Counted from the stretch's first letter, positions 1-11,285 are shown. The stretch: 64,000 nt of DNA from Desulfotomaculum sp. (GCA_003513005.1 DOTD01000032.1:4847-68846), one strand, 5' to 3'. Notes: generated from the sequence alone by a model not told the origin. Program-made: numbers and translations.

Positions 1-1
1 T

Positions 2-115
2 CAGGAAGCTCTGGCGGTAAAAAAACCCGTCGTGATGGATTTTCTGGTTGAACGTGAAGAAAATGTGCTGCCGATGGTGCCCCCCGGTGAGCCACTGGAC
101 AAGATGCTGGGATAA
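2..115 (+). CDS. ilvB: acetolactate synthase large subunit, 3' end (runs off window start)
   Basis: Frame open from the window edge to TAA 113-115. The tail QEALAVKKPVVMDFLVEREENVLPMVPPGEPLDKMLG parallels the C-terminus of the TPP enzyme at 673-2358 and lies directly upstream of ilvN. Confidence 0.6.
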   Translation, partial: QEALAVKKPVVMDFLVEREENVLPMVPPGEPLDKMLG

Positions 116-130
116 GAGGAGATTATTTAG

Positions 131-652
131 ATGAAACATACGCTTTCTGTTCTGGTTGAGAATCAGCCCGGTGTACTGGCCAGGGTTGCGGGGCTTTTCA
201 GCCGCCGGGGATTTAACATTGACAGCCTGGCTGTGGGGCAGACGGAAAATCCGGCTGTTTCACGGATGACCATAGTAGTCGAGGGCGACGGCCGGATTGT
301 GGAGCAGGTAACCAAGCAGCTTCACAAACTTATCGACGTGATCAAGGTCGGCGACATCACCGCTGAAAAATATGTCGACAGGGAACTGGTCATGGTCAAG
401 GTGAACGCCGATGCCGGCCAGCGCGGTGAAATAATGCTCATCGCGGACATTTTCAGGGCGCGCGTCATTGATTTAGGACGCCGCACGCTTACCCTGGAAT
501 GCACCGGCGATGAGGGAAAAATAACTGCATTTGAGGAATCCCTTCGCCCATACGGGATCAAAGAAATGGTCCGGACGGGGAAGGTGGCCATGTTAAGAGG
601 CGCCAGGTTTACCACTGTTGGAAATTCGGGATTAGACCAGGATGACGAATAA
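131..652 (+). CDS. ilvN: acetolactate synthase small (regulatory) subunit
   Basis: 173 aa with an N-terminal ACT domain (HTLSVLVENQPGVLARVAGLFSRRGFNIDSLAVG). Position between ALS large-subunit genes. Confidence 0.9.
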   Translation: MKHTLSVLVENQPGVLARVAGLFSRRGFNIDSLAVGQTENPAVSRMTIVVEGDGRIVEQVTKQLHKLIDVIKVGDITAEKYVDRELVMVKVNADAGQRGEIMLIADIFRARVIDLGRRTLTLECTGDEGKITAFEESLRPYGIKEMVRTGKVAMLRGARFTTVGNSGLDQDDE

Positions 653-672
653 AAATTAAGGAGAGTCCTCTA

Positions 673-2358
673 TTGGAAATTACTGCTGCCCAGGCCCTGG
701 TTCGCTGCCTGGAAAAAGAAAACATAGAAATCATCTTCGGTATTCCGGGCGCCGCTATAGCCCCGGTATATGACGCCCTGTACAATTCAAAAATCAAACA
801 CGTTCTGGTGAGGCACGAGCAGGGAGCGGTTCACGCCGCTGACGGCTATGCCCGGGCGACCGGCAGGGTTGGCGTCTGCATGGCCACTTCCGGGCCCGGG
901 GCCACAAACCTGGTAACCGGGATAGCCAACGCTTACATGGATTCGGTGCCTATTGTCGTAATCACCGGCCAGGTGAATACCGAGCGGGTCGGAACCGACG
1001 CGTTCCAGGAAGTGGATACTACAGGGATAACAATTCCGATCACCAAGCATAATTTTTTGCTCAAAGACCCGGCTCAGCTGGGAGAAACGGTCAAAAAAGC
1101 TTTTTATATAGCTTCTACCGGCCGGTCCGGGCCGGTGCTGATCGACCTGCCCGGAGACGTCACAAGTTCAAAAATCAAGTTTAAGTACCCCGAAACGGTT
1201 AAGCTGCGCGGTTACAAGCCGACCTACCGGGGTCACCCGAATATGATTAAAGAGGCTGCAAGGCTGATCGGCGAAGCCCGGCGGCCGGTCATTTACGCTG
1301 GAGGAGGAATTCTCAGTTCCTCAGCCTTCGGTGAATTGAAACAGCTCGCCGAAACAATCGACGCGCCCGTAACCAACACCTTTATGGGCCTGTCGAGTTT
1401 TCCGGGAGATCACCCGCTTTTCCTGGGTATGTTGGGACTGCACGGCACACGCTACGCAAATATGGCAATTACAGAATGCGACCTGCTGATTGCCCTGGGG
1501 GCGCGTTTTGACGACCGCGTCACAGGCAGAATTTCCGCCTTTGCGCCAGACGCAAAGATAATTCATATTGATATCGACCCTGCTGAAATAGGGAAAAACG
1601 TAAAGATCAACATTCCCGTCGTAGGCGACGTTAAGCAAGTCTTGCAGTCACTGCTGACTCAGGTCAAGAAGACTGAGCGTCCGGAATGGCATAAACGGAT
1701 CCAGGAACTCAAAGAGGCTTATCAGATGCGCTACAGCCGTGAGGGGGGGTTGAAACCCCAGTTTATTGTCGAGCGGCTCAATGCGGAAACAGGCGGGGAT
1801 TCCCTGGTGGTTACCGACGTGGGCCAGCACCAGATGTGGGTTGCGCAGTATTACCGGTTTAACAAACCACGCATGCTGATTTCTTCCGGCGGTCTGGGCA
1901 CAATGGGTTTCGGGCTTCCCGCAGCAGCAGGCGCCCAGTTGGGCATCCCGGGGCAGCAGGTCGTTCTGATTACGGGAGACGGCAGTTTTCAGATGACCAT
2001 CCAGGAACTGGCCACAGTCAAAGAACAGAATCTGCCCTTAAAAATATTTATCCTGAACAATCAGAGACTGGGTATGGTCCGTCAGTTCCAGCAGGTTTAT
2101 TATGAAGGAAGGTACATGGCGGTGGATTTTCTTTTCCATCCCGATTTCGAAGTTCTGGCCCGGGCATATGGAATCGACGGCTTTACCATCCGCAGCGAGG
2201 AGGACGCCGTCCGCATGCTGCCCGGGATTTTAAAGTCACCCGGCCCCGCCCTGGTGAACTGCCTGGTTTACCCCGAGGAAAACGTTATACCGATGGTCCC
2301 GGCCGGGAAAGGTATTGATGAAGCAATTGAATTTGCCGAGGGAGAGAGTAAGCTATGA
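673..2358 (+). CDS. acetolactate synthase large subunit-like TPP enzyme (second paralog)
   Basis: 561 aa with a TTG start. TPP-enzyme N-terminus ([17 protein letters not shown]) and TPP-binding motif ([16 protein letters not shown]...ITGDGSFQM). Confidence 0.85.
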   Translation: MEITAAQALVRCLEKENIEIIFGIPGAAIAPVYDALYNSKIKHVLVRHEQGAVHAADGYARATGRVGVCMATSGPGATNLVTGIANAYMDSVPIVVITGQVNTERVGTDAFQEVDTTGITIPITKHNFLLKDPAQLGETVKKAFYIASTGRSGPVLIDLPGDVTSSKIKFKYPETVKLRGYKPTYRGHPNMIKEAARLIGEARRPVIYAGGGILSSSAFGELKQLAETIDAPVTNTFMGLSSFPGDHPLFLGMLGLHGTRYANMAITECDLLIALGARFDDRVTGRISAFAPDAKIIHIDIDPAEIGKNVKINIPVVGDVKQVLQSLLTQVKKTERPEWHKRIQELKEAYQMRYSREGGLKPQFIVERLNAETGGDSLVVTDVGQHQMWVAQYYRFNKPRMLISSGGLGTMGFGLPAAAGAQLGIPGQQVVLITGDGSFQMTIQELATVKEQNLPLKIFILNNQRLGMVRQFQQVYYEGRYMAVDFLFHPDFEVLARAYGIDGFTIRSEEDAVRMLPGILKSPGPALVNCLVYPEENVIPMVPAGKGIDEAIEFAEGESKL

Positions 2359-3620
2359 GCATGACAATTACGGAAAAAATTCTGGCCGCTCACGCGCAAA
2401 AGGAAAAGGTGAGCCCGGGAGAACTGATCAACGTCCGGATTGACCTGGCGCTGGGCAACGATATTACGGCCCCGCTGGCCATCCAGGAGTTTGAAAAAAT
2501 CGGCCTGCCCGGTGTTTTTGACCCGGACAGGGTCATCCTCGTGCCGGACCACTTTGTGCCCAACAAGGACATCAAGTCTGCCGAACAGGCCAAGATGCTG
2601 AGGGAGTTTTCCTCCCGCCAGAAGCTGACCTACTACTTTGAAGCCGGCAGGATGGGGATAGAACACTGCCTGCTTCCGGAGCAAGGGCTGGTCGGGCCGG
2701 GAGACGTGGTTATCGGGGCCGATTCGCACACCTGTACATACGGCGCCCTGGGGGCTTTCTCAACAGGCGTGGGCAGTACCGATCTGGCGGCGGCTATGGC
2801 TTCGGGGGAGATCTGGCTGAAAGTTCCGGAATCAATCAAGCTGATCTATAACGGCGAACTGCCCCCCTGGGTCAGCGGCAAAGACCTGATCCTGCTCGCC
2901 ATCGGCGATCTCGGCGTTGACGGCGCCGCCTACCAGGCGCTGGAATTTACCGGCCCCGTAATCGACAGGCTGTCCATGGACAGCAGGTTTACCGCGGCAA
3001 ACATGGCTATTGAGGCGGGGGCCAAGAACGGCATCTTCCCCCCGGATGAGATAACACGACAGTATGTAGAAGGGCGCGCAAAAAGGCCTTATACTTTTTA
3101 CAGCAGCGACCCGGACGCCGGGTATAAAGGGACGCGCGAGTACGACGTCAGCGGAATGGAGCCGCTGGTAGCCTTCCCCCACCTGCCTGAAAAAGTTCAC
3201 CCGGTCAGCCAGGCGGGCCATATCAAGATCGACCAGGTCGTCATCGGCTCCTGCACAAACGGGCGTCTGGAAGACCTGCGTCTGGCGGCAGGCCTGATCA
3301 AGGGGAAGAAAGTGCACCCGGAAGTAAGGCTGATTGTCATACCCGGCACGCAGAAGATTTACCTGCAGTCGCTGAGGGAAGGCCTGATTGAGGATTTCGT
3401 GGAAGCCGGGGCGGTTTTCAGCACGCCGACCTGCGGACCCTGCTTAGGAGGCCATATGGGCATCCTGGCCAAAGGGGAGCGCTGCCTGGCGACTACAAAC
3501 CGCAACTTTGTGGGCAGGATGGGCGATCGCGAGAGCGAGGTTTACTTATGCAACCCCGCGGTTGCGGCTGCATCCGCGATAGCCGGATATATCGTTGGGC
3601 CCAAGGAGGTTAGCAAATGA
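2355..3620 (+). CDS. leuC: 3-isopropylmalate dehydratase large subunit
   Basis: 421 aa, aconitase family ([23 protein letters not shown] cluster ligands). Start overlaps the upstream stop (ATGA). Confidence 0.9.
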   Translation: MSMTITEKILAAHAQKEKVSPGELINVRIDLALGNDITAPLAIQEFEKIGLPGVFDPDRVILVPDHFVPNKDIKSAEQAKMLREFSSRQKLTYYFEAGRMGIEHCLLPEQGLVGPGDVVIGADSHTCTYGALGAFSTGVGSTDLAAAMASGEIWLKVPESIKLIYNGELPPWVSGKDLILLAIGDLGVDGAAYQALEFTGPVIDRLSMDSRFTAANMAIEAGAKNGIFPPDEITRQYVEGRAKRPYTFYSSDPDAGYKGTREYDVSGMEPLVAFPHLPEKVHPVSQAGHIKIDQVVIGSCTNGRLEDLRLAAGLIKGKKVHPEVRLIVIPGTQKIYLQSLREGLIEDFVEAGAVFSTPTCGPCLGGHMGILAKGERCLATTNRNFVGRMGDRESEVYLCNPAVAAASAIAGYIVGPKEVSK

Positions 3621-4111
3621 AATTTCAAGGGAAAACATGGAGGTTCGGCGACGATATTGACACTGACGCAATCATCCCGGCTCGTTATTTAAATACTTCC
3701 GACCCCGCCGAACTTGCTCAGCACTGTATGGAGGACGCTGATCCGCAGTTTTCTTCCAAAGTCGGCAAAGGAGATATTATCGTAGCCGGCAAAAATTTCG
3801 GCAGCGGCAGTTCACGTGAACACGCCCCCCTGGCAATCAAAACTTCCGGGGTCAGCTGTGTGATTGCGAGCTCTTATGCCCGGATTTTTTACCGGAACGC
3901 TTTTAACATAGGACTGCTTATTCTCGAATCACCGGACGCCGCCGGCGATATACGGCAGGGAGACCTTGTGGAGGTGGACACCGACCAGGGCGTTATCAAA
4001 AACCTGACCAGTTCAAAGGAATACAAGTTCATCCCCATACCGCCTTTCATGCAGCAGATTATTGCCGCCGGCGGACTGATCAATTACCTGAAGTTAAGGA
4101 AGGAGCAATAA
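3617..4111 (+). CDS. leuD: 3-isopropylmalate dehydratase small subunit
   Basis: 164 aa swivel domain ([14 protein letters not shown]). Translationally coupled to leuC. Confidence 0.9.
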   Translation: MKFQGKTWRFGDDIDTDAIIPARYLNTSDPAELAQHCMEDADPQFSSKVGKGDIIVAGKNFGSGSSREHAPLAIKTSGVSCVIASSYARIFYRNAFNIGLLILESPDAAGDIRQGDLVEVDTDQGVIKNLTSSKEYKFIPIPPFMQQIIAAGGLINYLKLRKEQ

Positions 4112-5190
4112 TGGTGTACAAAATAGCTGTTTTACCCGGAGACGGAATAGGGCCGGAGATTACCGTTCAGGCTATCAAGGTCCTCAAAGCCGCGGGTCGG
4201 CGCTTCGGGCTGGAATTTGATCTTCATGAAGCATATATTGGAGGGGCCGCCTATGATGCCACAGGCCATCCCCTGCCGCCGGAAACACTGGAACTCTGCA
4301 AGAGCAGCGACGCAATTTTACTGGGCGCCATAGGAGGGCCGAAGTGGGATGACCTGCCCGTGAGCCTGCGCCCGGAAGCGGGGGCGCTGCTCCCTTTGCG
4401 CAAAGCTTTAAACGCCTATGCCAATCTGCGCCCGGCAATGATTTTTCCGGCCCTTGCAGACGCTTCCACATTAAAGCGTGAAGTAGTCGAAGGATTGGAC
4501 CTCCTGGTGGTCAGGGAACTTACCGGAGGAATCTATTTTGGTGAAAAGAAGCGGGAATCCATCCCGGGCGGTGAACGGGCTACGGATACTCTGGTCTACA
4601 CAACCGGGGAAATTGAGCGGATAGCCAGGAAAGGCTACGAGATGGCCAGGCAGCGGAGAAAGAAACTTACTTCGGTCGATAAGGCCAACGTTTTAGAAAG
4701 CTCGCGCCTGTGGCGCGATGTAATCAACAGGCTGGCGCCCGAGTATCCGGACGTTGAGACCAGCCATATACTGGTAGATAACTGCGCCATGCAGCTGGTT
4801 CGTTTCCCGACCCAGTTCGACGTGCTGCTGACCGAAAACATGTTTGGCGATATTTTAAGCGACCTGGCGGCGCAGCTGACCGGCTCGCTGGGTATGCTGC
4901 CCTCGGCCAGTGTGGGGGACGGTGTAGGCCTTTTCGAACCAAGCCACGGTTCGGCGCCCAAATATACCGGTTTGAATGTGATCAACCCCATTGCCACCAT
5001 CCTGTCGGGCGCGATGCTGCTTCGTTTTTCGCTTGGCCAACTGGAAGCGGCCAGGGCTATTGACGATGCGGTGAGCGCTGTACTGGCAAAAGGTTACCGG
5101 ACACGCGACATTATGGAGGAAGGCCGCCAAAGGGTTTCTACGGAAGAAATGGGCGATCTCGTTGCCGCCCAGGTTGAAAAACCAAATTAA
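4111..5190 (+). CDS. leuB: 3-isopropylmalate dehydrogenase
   Basis: 359 aa with the isopropylmalate/isocitrate dehydrogenase signature ([12 protein letters not shown]). Confidence 0.92.
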   Translation: MVYKIAVLPGDGIGPEITVQAIKVLKAAGRRFGLEFDLHEAYIGGAAYDATGHPLPPETLELCKSSDAILLGAIGGPKWDDLPVSLRPEAGALLPLRKALNAYANLRPAMIFPALADASTLKREVVEGLDLLVVRELTGGIYFGEKKRESIPGGERATDTLVYTTGEIERIARKGYEMARQRRKKLTSVDKANVLESSRLWRDVINRLAPEYPDVETSHILVDNCAMQLVRFPTQFDVLLTENMFGDILSDLAAQLTGSLGMLPSASVGDGVGLFEPSHGSAPKYTGLNVINPIATILSGAMLLRFSLGQLEAARAIDDAVSAVLAKGYRTRDIMEEGRQRVSTEEMGDLVAAQVEKPN

Positions 5191-5215
5191 AAAGGGCCAG
5201 AAGGAAAGATAAAAG

Positions 5216-6814
5216 ATGCCGGCAGTAGAAATATATGATACCACTCTGCGTGACGGCGCGCAGGGGGAGGGTATTTCATTTTCAATTGAAGATAAAATCA
5301 AGATAGCCCTCAGGCTGGATAAGATGGGGTTTCACTATATTGAGGGCGGCTGGCCGGGCTCGAACCCGAAAGACGCGGGCTTTTTTAACCAGATTGGCGA
5401 TTATGGACTGAAGCAGGCCAGGATTGCCGCCTTCGGCTCGACGCGGCGCCCGAAAACCGAAACCGCCGCTGATGAAAACATCCGGAGTATAATCAAGTCC
5501 CGGACTTCCGTCGCGACGATTTTCGGCAAAACATGGGACTTTCACGTGACGCACGCCTTGCAGACGACGCCGAAAGAAAACCTGCTGATGATCAGGGAGT
5601 CAATTGCCTATATGAAGGGTAAAGGGATCAAGGTTTTCTACGACGCCGAACATTTCTTTGACGGCTTCAAAGCGAACCCCGCCTATGCCCGGGCTACCCT
5701 TGACGCTGCCGTTGAAGGCGGCGCGGACGCGCTTGTGTTCTGCGACACTAACGGCGGGAGCCTGCCGCACGAGATTGCGGAAATTATCGGCGGGCTGCGC
5801 TTAAAATACACTGTGCCTTTCGGAATCCACTGCCATAATGACGGGGAACTTGCCGTGGCCAATACGCTTGCCGCCGTACAGGCAGGTGTCACGCATGTTC
5901 AGGGCACGGTCAACGGCTATGGCGAGCGCTGCGGGAACGCCAACCTGTGTTCAATAATACCAAATCTGGCCTTAAAATACGGCGTTCAAACCATTCCGCA
6001 GGAGAGGCTGTCCAAATTGACCGCCTTATCCAGGTATGTAAGCGAGATAGCCAACATGCACCCGGCAGTGAACCAGCCGTTCGTCGGAGTGAGCGCATTT
6101 GCCCACAAAGGGGGCATTCATGTCAGCGCTATTTTAAAGGACTACCGTACATACGAGCATATCGACCCGGAACTAGTTGGCAATAAAAGGCGCGTCCTGG
6201 TTTCGGAGCTAAGCGGCCTGTCCAATATTTTATATAAATACAAGGAATTAAAGCTGGACCACACGCCGGAAGGCGCCCAAACCATACCGGACAAACAAAT
6301 TCTGGAACAGATTAAGGAACTGGAGAACCAGGGCTTTCAGTTTGAAGGGGCGGAAGGGTCTTTAGAGCTTATGCTGCGCAAGGTGTATCACAATTACGAG
6401 GAGCCTTTCAGACTGGAAAACCTGCGCATAATCATTGAACTTAAAGAAAACAGCCCTGTTTATTCAGAGGCGGTGATCAAACTTACTGTCGGCGACCGGG
6501 TTGTCCATACCGCGGCGGAAGGCAATGGCCCGGTTAACGCTCTGGACAATGCCCTGCGCAAGGCGCTGGAGGAATTCTTTCCCGATATCCGGAAGATACA
6601 GCTTAACGATTACAAGGTCAGGGTACTGGACGAAACAGAAGGAACCGGGGGAGTTGTGCGGGTTCTGATTGAAACAGGCGACGGCCAGCATTCCTGGAAT
6701 ACGGTGGGTGTATCCGCGAATATAATCGAAGCCAGCTGGCAGGCCCTGGTGGACAGCATTGCATATGGTCTTCTGAAGATAAAGGGGAGCACGGATATTG
6801 CTGGAACAGATTAA
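5216..6814 (+). CDS. cimA: (R)-citramalate synthase
   Basis: 532 aa. HMGL-like N-terminus VEIYDTTLRDGAQGEGISFS and a long LeuA-dimer-type C-terminal domain. Length and motif fit CimA-type rather than LeuA-type. Confidence 0.8.
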   Translation: MPAVEIYDTTLRDGAQGEGISFSIEDKIKIALRLDKMGFHYIEGGWPGSNPKDAGFFNQIGDYGLKQARIAAFGSTRRPKTETAADENIRSIIKSRTSVATIFGKTWDFHVTHALQTTPKENLLMIRESIAYMKGKGIKVFYDAEHFFDGFKANPAYARATLDAAVEGGADALVFCDTNGGSLPHEIAEIIGGLRLKYTVPFGIHCHNDGELAVANTLAAVQAGVTHVQGTVNGYGERCGNANLCSIIPNLALKYGVQTIPQERLSKLTALSRYVSEIANMHPAVNQPFVGVSAFAHKGGIHVSAILKDYRTYEHIDPELVGNKRRVLVSELSGLSNILYKYKELKLDHTPEGAQTIPDKQILEQIKELENQGFQFEGAEGSLELMLRKVYHNYEEPFRLENLRIIIELKENSPVYSEAVIKLTVGDRVVHTAAEGNGPVNALDNALRKALEEFFPDIRKIQLNDYKVRVLDETEGTGGVVRVLIETGDGQHSWNTVGVSANIIEASWQALVDSIAYGLLKIKGSTDIAGTD

Positions 6815-7619
6815 AAACATCAAGCCGGATATATTTAATATCACCAACGTAATTGATGTTTTAATCATTGTAATAGTCCTGTATTGGCTGGTCCTTCTGA
6901 TTAAAGGGACAAGGGCCGTCCAGCTGATCAAGGGTCTGATCGTTCTTTTTATAGCAACACAAATCAGCGACTGGCTGAAACTTTACGCTGTCCACTCGCT
7001 GCTTTATCAGGTAAATATGGCCCTTTTGGTTGCCCTGCCGGTTGTTTTTCAGCCTGAACTCAGGCGGGCTCTGGAAAAATTAGGTGGAGGCGAACTTTTT
7101 ACCACCTCTTTTCCCTTCCTCAGCGAACATGACCGGAACAAGGCGGTGACGGAAATTGTCCGGGCGGCTCAGGTTATGTCCCGGGAGAGAAAAGGCGCCC
7201 TTATCGTTCTGGAAAGAAATACCGGACTGGAAGAGTATATTGATAAAGGCATAAAGATTGAAGGCATTCTGTCCGCCGAACTTTTGCTGAATATCTTTAC
7301 ACCAAAGTCCCCCCTTCATGACGGCGCCGTGATTATCAGAGGCAGCCGTATTGCCGCGGCATCCTGCGTTCTTCCGTTGACTGAAAACAATGACGGAGTT
7401 TTTAAGGAACTGGGGACCAGGCACAGAGCGGGAATTGGTATTTCCGAGGTGTCCGACGCGCTTGCAGTCATTGTCTCTGAGGAGACCGGGAGCGTTTCCC
7501 TGGCTGTGGAAGGGTTGCTGGCCAGGGAACTGAAAGAAAGCGACCTGATCAACAGGCTGACGGGTGTCCTGCAGCCGAAGCCGGTTCGTTCACTTGCTTC
7601 ATTTTGGCGGCGGAAGTAA
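6798..7619 (+). CDS. cdaA: diadenylate cyclase CdaA
   Basis: 273 aa with three N-terminal TM helices and DAC-domain motifs (LHDGAVII, GTRHRAG, SEETGSVS). Confidence 0.9.
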   Translation: MLEQIKNIKPDIFNITNVIDVLIIVIVLYWLVLLIKGTRAVQLIKGLIVLFIATQISDWLKLYAVHSLLYQVNMALLVALPVVFQPELRRALEKLGGGELFTTSFPFLSEHDRNKAVTEIVRAAQVMSRERKGALIVLERNTGLEEYIDKGIKIEGILSAELLLNIFTPKSPLHDGAVIIRGSRIAAASCVLPLTENNDGVFKELGTRHRAGIGISEVSDALAVIVSEETGSVSLAVEGLLARELKESDLINRLTGVLQPKPVRSLASFWRRK

Positions 7620-7711
7620 TTTTTTTAAAGGCTTAAAACGCTGACCGTATTTTTCATATTAAATATAACAGACGGCTAACAGACATATAACAAAGGTTAT
7701 AAATTTGGAAA

Positions 7712-7741
7712 TTGACGCAATAATAGACAATGATATATAAT
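7712..7741 (+). promoter_or_regulatory. candidate sigma-A promoter for glmM
   Basis: TTGACG (7712-7717), 18-nt spacer, TATAAT (7736-7741), inside a 132-bp AT-rich spacer. Confidence 0.35.
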
Positions 7742-7751
7742 TAGTTAATTT

Positions 7752-9107
7752 ATGGAGGTGCATACCGGTCATGGGGTAATGTTCGGCACTGATGGAGTAA
7801 GAGGAATCGCCAACCGGGAGTTAACTCCCGAGTTAGCCTTGAGCCTGGGCAGGGCAGGCGCTCATTTTCTGTCATTAAAAACCCCCGGCGCTCCTCTGGT
7901 TATTGGCCGTGACACCCGTATTTCCGGTGATATGCTGGAATCTGCCCTGATTGCCGGAATGTGTTCGGCGGGTGTAAACGTGCTGAAAGCAGGTATCCTG
8001 CCCACGCCAGCCATTGCCTGCCTGACCCGTCTTACAGGCTCTTGCGGCGGGGCTGTAATTTCAGCGTCGCATAATCAGGTGATGGATAACGGGATTAAGT
8101 TTTTCGGCCCGGACGGTTTTAAACTCAACGACGCGGAAGAAGAAGATGTCGAAAGGCTGGTTGTCCATCCGGAGGAGATACCTTACCCGGTGGGGGAACA
8201 GGTTGGCGCCTGTCAGGAGATGACTGACGCCTGTGACCGTTATGTTCAGTATCTTAAGAGTGTTGAACCGGTCGACCTTTCAGGATTGACAATTGCTGTC
8301 GACTGCGCCAACGGGGCGGCAAGTTCTGTAGTGCCCAAGCTATTGGCAGAGTTAGGGGCGCAGGTTGTGCCGATGTTTCACACCCCCAACGGAGTGAATA
8401 TCAACGACTCCTGCGGATCAACCCATCCGGAGAAACTCTGCGGCGCCGTACTTTCCAAACGTGCGCACGTAGGCCTTGCTTTTGACGGGGATGCCGATCG
8501 CCTGATTGCGGTCGATGAAAATGGAAACCTGGTTGACGGGGACCAGATCATGGTTATTTGCGCGCAGGACTTGAAAGAAAGGGGCCGGCTGTCCAAAAAC
8601 ACTGTTGTCGTAACCGTGATGAGCAATCTCGGCCTGCATCGCGCCATGGATAAAGCCGGCATTGAGATTACCGAAACCCAGGTCGGGGACCGCTGGGTGC
8701 TCGAAGAACTGCTCCGCAGGGGCGCCATTTTTGGCGGCGAGCAGAGCGGGCATATCATCTTTTTGGAGGACCAGACTACCGGTGACGGAGCGTTAACAGC
8801 TCTGAAGCTGCTTTCGGTGATCAAGCGCAAAGGACTTTCGCTTGGCGAACTGGCTGCGCAGATGTTCCGCTATCCCCAGCTTTTGAAAAACGTAGCCGTT
8901 TCCGACAAGCAATCCGTTATGAGCAGCGATCAGCTCAAAGAAGCTGTCTGCAGCTGTGAGCGCAGGCTTAACGGGCAGGGGCGGATCCTGGTCAGGCCGT
9001 CGGGCACCGAACAGCTTGTCCGGGTTATGGCGGAGGGAAGGGACCTTGAGGAACTGAACGTAATTGTTGATGAATTGACCGGCGTGATCAGAAAGCTGGT
9101 CTATTAA
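7752..9107 (+). CDS. glmM: phosphoglucosamine mutase
   Basis: 451 aa. FGTDGVRG N-terminus and phosphoserine loop SASHNQVMDNGIKFF. The true start may be ATG 7779 (MFGTDGVRG). Confidence 0.92.
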   Translation: MEVHTGHGVMFGTDGVRGIANRELTPELALSLGRAGAHFLSLKTPGAPLVIGRDTRISGDMLESALIAGMCSAGVNVLKAGILPTPAIACLTRLTGSCGGAVISASHNQVMDNGIKFFGPDGFKLNDAEEEDVERLVVHPEEIPYPVGEQVGACQEMTDACDRYVQYLKSVEPVDLSGLTIAVDCANGAASSVVPKLLAELGAQVVPMFHTPNGVNINDSCGSTHPEKLCGAVLSKRAHVGLAFDGDADRLIAVDENGNLVDGDQIMVICAQDLKERGRLSKNTVVVTVMSNLGLHRAMDKAGIEITETQVGDRWVLEELLRRGAIFGGEQSGHIIFLEDQTTGDGALTALKLLSVIKRKGLSLGELAAQMFRYPQLLKNVAVSDKQSVMSSDQLKEAVCSCERRLNGQGRILVRPSGTEQLVRVMAEGRDLEELNVIVDELTGVIRKLVY

Positions 9108-9142
9108 TCCAGGAGGTGATTTTTTAAACCGTTTGACAACAT

Positions 9143-9330
9143 GCAAGCGCCTGGACCAGTTTAAGGGATAGACTGGTTGACGAGGGGGGAGCTAATCGAA
9201 GTTTTCGGCGGATGCTCCCCGGTAAGTCACAACCGTTAAAGGCGGCACAAATCCGGCGGGCAACCGCCGGGACAAAAACGCCGGGTGACCGCGGGCATAA
9301 GCCTTTTACTGCCATGGCTTCAATCTGCCG
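9143..9330 (+). ncRNA. glmS ribozyme (GlcN6P-activated self-cleaving leader)
   Basis: Matches the conserved core as remembered from Bacillus: AGCGCC...GTTGACGAGG..GGAG.TAATCGAAGTTTTCGGCGGATGC.CCCCGG, located directly upstream of glmS. The 3' boundary is approximate. Confidence 0.88.
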
Positions 9331-9364
9331 TGGCTTTTTATTTATAAAAGGAGGACTAATAAAA

Positions 9365-11194
9365 ATGTGCGGTATTATCGGTTATATGGGAAATAAGCAG
9401 GCTATGCCTGTTTTGTTAAACGGACTGGCCAGGCTGGAATACAGGGGCTACGATTCCGCAGGTATTGCCCTGCTGGAAGACGGGGAGATTAAGGTTTTTA
9501 AACAAGCGGGCAGACTGGCCGGACTTCAGGAGCGGTTAAGCGGCAACGGTTTTTCAAGCACGACGGGAATCGGGCATACGCGGTGGGCCACCCACGGCCG
9601 GCCTACCGATCACAACGCCCACCCGCACAGCGACTGCGGCGGCCTTTTTGTGGTTGTCCATAACGGAATCATTGAAAATTATCTTGAATTAAAGAAGTGG
9701 CTGATCAGCGAAGGGCATGTCTTTAAATCGGAAACGGATACCGAAGTCCTGCCTCATATGATGGAACATTTTTACAAGGGTGATCTCATACCTGCCATTA
9801 GCATGATGACCGAAAAGATCAGGGGTTCCTATGCAATGGTAGTTCTCTCAACCCATGAACCGGAAAACCTTGTCGCTGTCCGGAAGGATAGTCCCCTGGT
9901 AATCGGCGTTGGCGACAAGGAAAACTTTTTTGCGTCCGACGTGCCGGCTTTCCTGCATTACACACGCAATGTCCATTATCTTGACGACGGGGAAATTTCC
10001 TTGCTCACATCCAACAGGGTTGAAGTCTTCAACGAAATGGGGCAGGGTGTTTCCAAAACAGTTCATACGATCAACTGGGAGGCCGAACAGGCCGAAAAGG
10101 GCGGCTACGACCACTTCATGCTCAAGGAAATTCACGAGCAGCCTACATCTTTGAAAAATACCCTGAGCGGACGCATCTCCGAAGACGGCGCCAGGGTGAA
10201 CCTGCAGGAACTTTCCCTGGATGCGGATGTAATAAAAAAGGTTAAAAAAATATTCATCACCGCCTGCGGCACGGCATACCACGCAGGACTGGTCGGAAAA
10301 TACGCCATCGAGAGCCTGGCCCGCATTCCCGTAGAAATTGACATCGCCTCGGAGTTTCGCTACCGCAACCTGGTGATTGAACCCGACAGCCTGGTTGTTA
10401 TCATCAGTCAGTCAGGCGAGACGGCGGATTCGCTGGCAGCCCTGCGCGACAGCAAGAAGAGGGGTATGCCGGTGATCGCGATCACAAACGTTGTGGGCAG
10501 TTCAATAGCCCGCGAGGCTGACCATGTCCTGTATACCTGGGCGGGTCCGGAAATTGCGGTAGCGTCGACAAAAGCTTATACCGCCCAGATGATGAGCCTG
10601 TACCTGCTGGCCTTGTACATGGCCAATGTCCGGGAGACCATCCCGGAAGAGGAAAGCCGTCAGCTTATCGGGGAACTCCTTTCTCTGAGCGGAAAGGTCC
10701 AGCAGATTCTGGACAGGAGCGCGGCGATCAAGAAAATCGGCCTCGGGTACCAGCAAAGCAAGAGCATCTTTTTCATCGGCCGGGGACTGGATTACGGTGT
10801 GGCCTGCGAAGGTTCCCTGAAGCTGAAGGAAATCTCCTATATTCACGCCGAGGCCTATGCCGCAGGCGAGCTCAAACACGGGACCCTTGCCCTGATTGAG
10901 AAAGACGTCCCGGTAGTGACCGTGGCAACACAGCCGTTTCTATTTGAGAAGACCTTTAGCAACATTAAAGAAGTAAAGGCTCGCGAGGCCGACGTCTTCG
11001 CTTTAGCCATGGAAGGACTGGACGAGGTGGAGAAAGAAGCCAGCCAGGTGTTCTACATTCCGGAGACACATCCCCTGCTGACGCCTATTCTGTCTGTCAT
11101 CCCCCTCCAGCTGCTGGCCTATTACGTATCGCTGGCTAGAGGCTGCGACGTTGATAAACCCAGAAACCTTGCCAAGAGCGTGACTGTGGAGTAA
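9365..11194 (+). CDS. glmS: glutamine--fructose-6-phosphate aminotransferase
   Basis: 609 aa from ATG 9365 (MCGIIGY, catalytic Cys2) preceded by AAAGGAGG. Two SIS domains. The ORF-track start at 9212 lies inside the ribozyme. Confidence 0.95.
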   Translation: MCGIIGYMGNKQAMPVLLNGLARLEYRGYDSAGIALLEDGEIKVFKQAGRLAGLQERLSGNGFSSTTGIGHTRWATHGRPTDHNAHPHSDCGGLFVVVHNGIIENYLELKKWLISEGHVFKSETDTEVLPHMMEHFYKGDLIPAISMMTEKIRGSYAMVVLSTHEPENLVAVRKDSPLVIGVGDKENFFASDVPAFLHYTRNVHYLDDGEISLLTSNRVEVFNEMGQGVSKTVHTINWEAEQAEKGGYDHFMLKEIHEQPTSLKNTLSGRISEDGARVNLQELSLDADVIKKVKKIFITACGTAYHAGLVGKYAIESLARIPVEIDIASEFRYRNLVIEPDSLVVIISQSGETADSLAALRDSKKRGMPVIAITNVVGSSIAREADHVLYTWAGPEIAVASTKAYTAQMMSLYLLALYMANVRETIPEEESRQLIGELLSLSGKVQQILDRSAAIKKIGLGYQQSKSIFFIGRGLDYGVACEGSLKLKEISYIHAEAYAAGELKHGTLALIEKDVPVVTVATQPFLFEKTFSNIKEVKAREADVFALAMEGLDEVEKEASQVFYIPETHPLLTPILSVIPLQLLAYYVSLARGCDVDKPRNLAKSVTVE

Positions 11195-11250
11195 GAGGCA
11201 TAAGGCAAATAATAACCATATAATAACATAGCTGGGATATAATAGTTGTT

Positions 11251-11285
11251 TCGAGTTGTGGAATTCTACACAGCTCGAATTTTTA
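11251..11285 (+). terminator. rho-independent terminator after glmS
   Basis: TCGAGTTGTG-gaattcta-CACAGCTCGA stem (one G.U pair) followed by ATTTTTATT. Confidence 0.6.

Noticed and set aside
9212-9364. N-terminal 51-codon extension of glmS in the ORF track (start 9212)
   Set aside because: The stretch is the glmS ribozyme. The real start is ATG 9365 (MCGIIGY, mandatory N-terminal Cys after Met removal) with its own SD.
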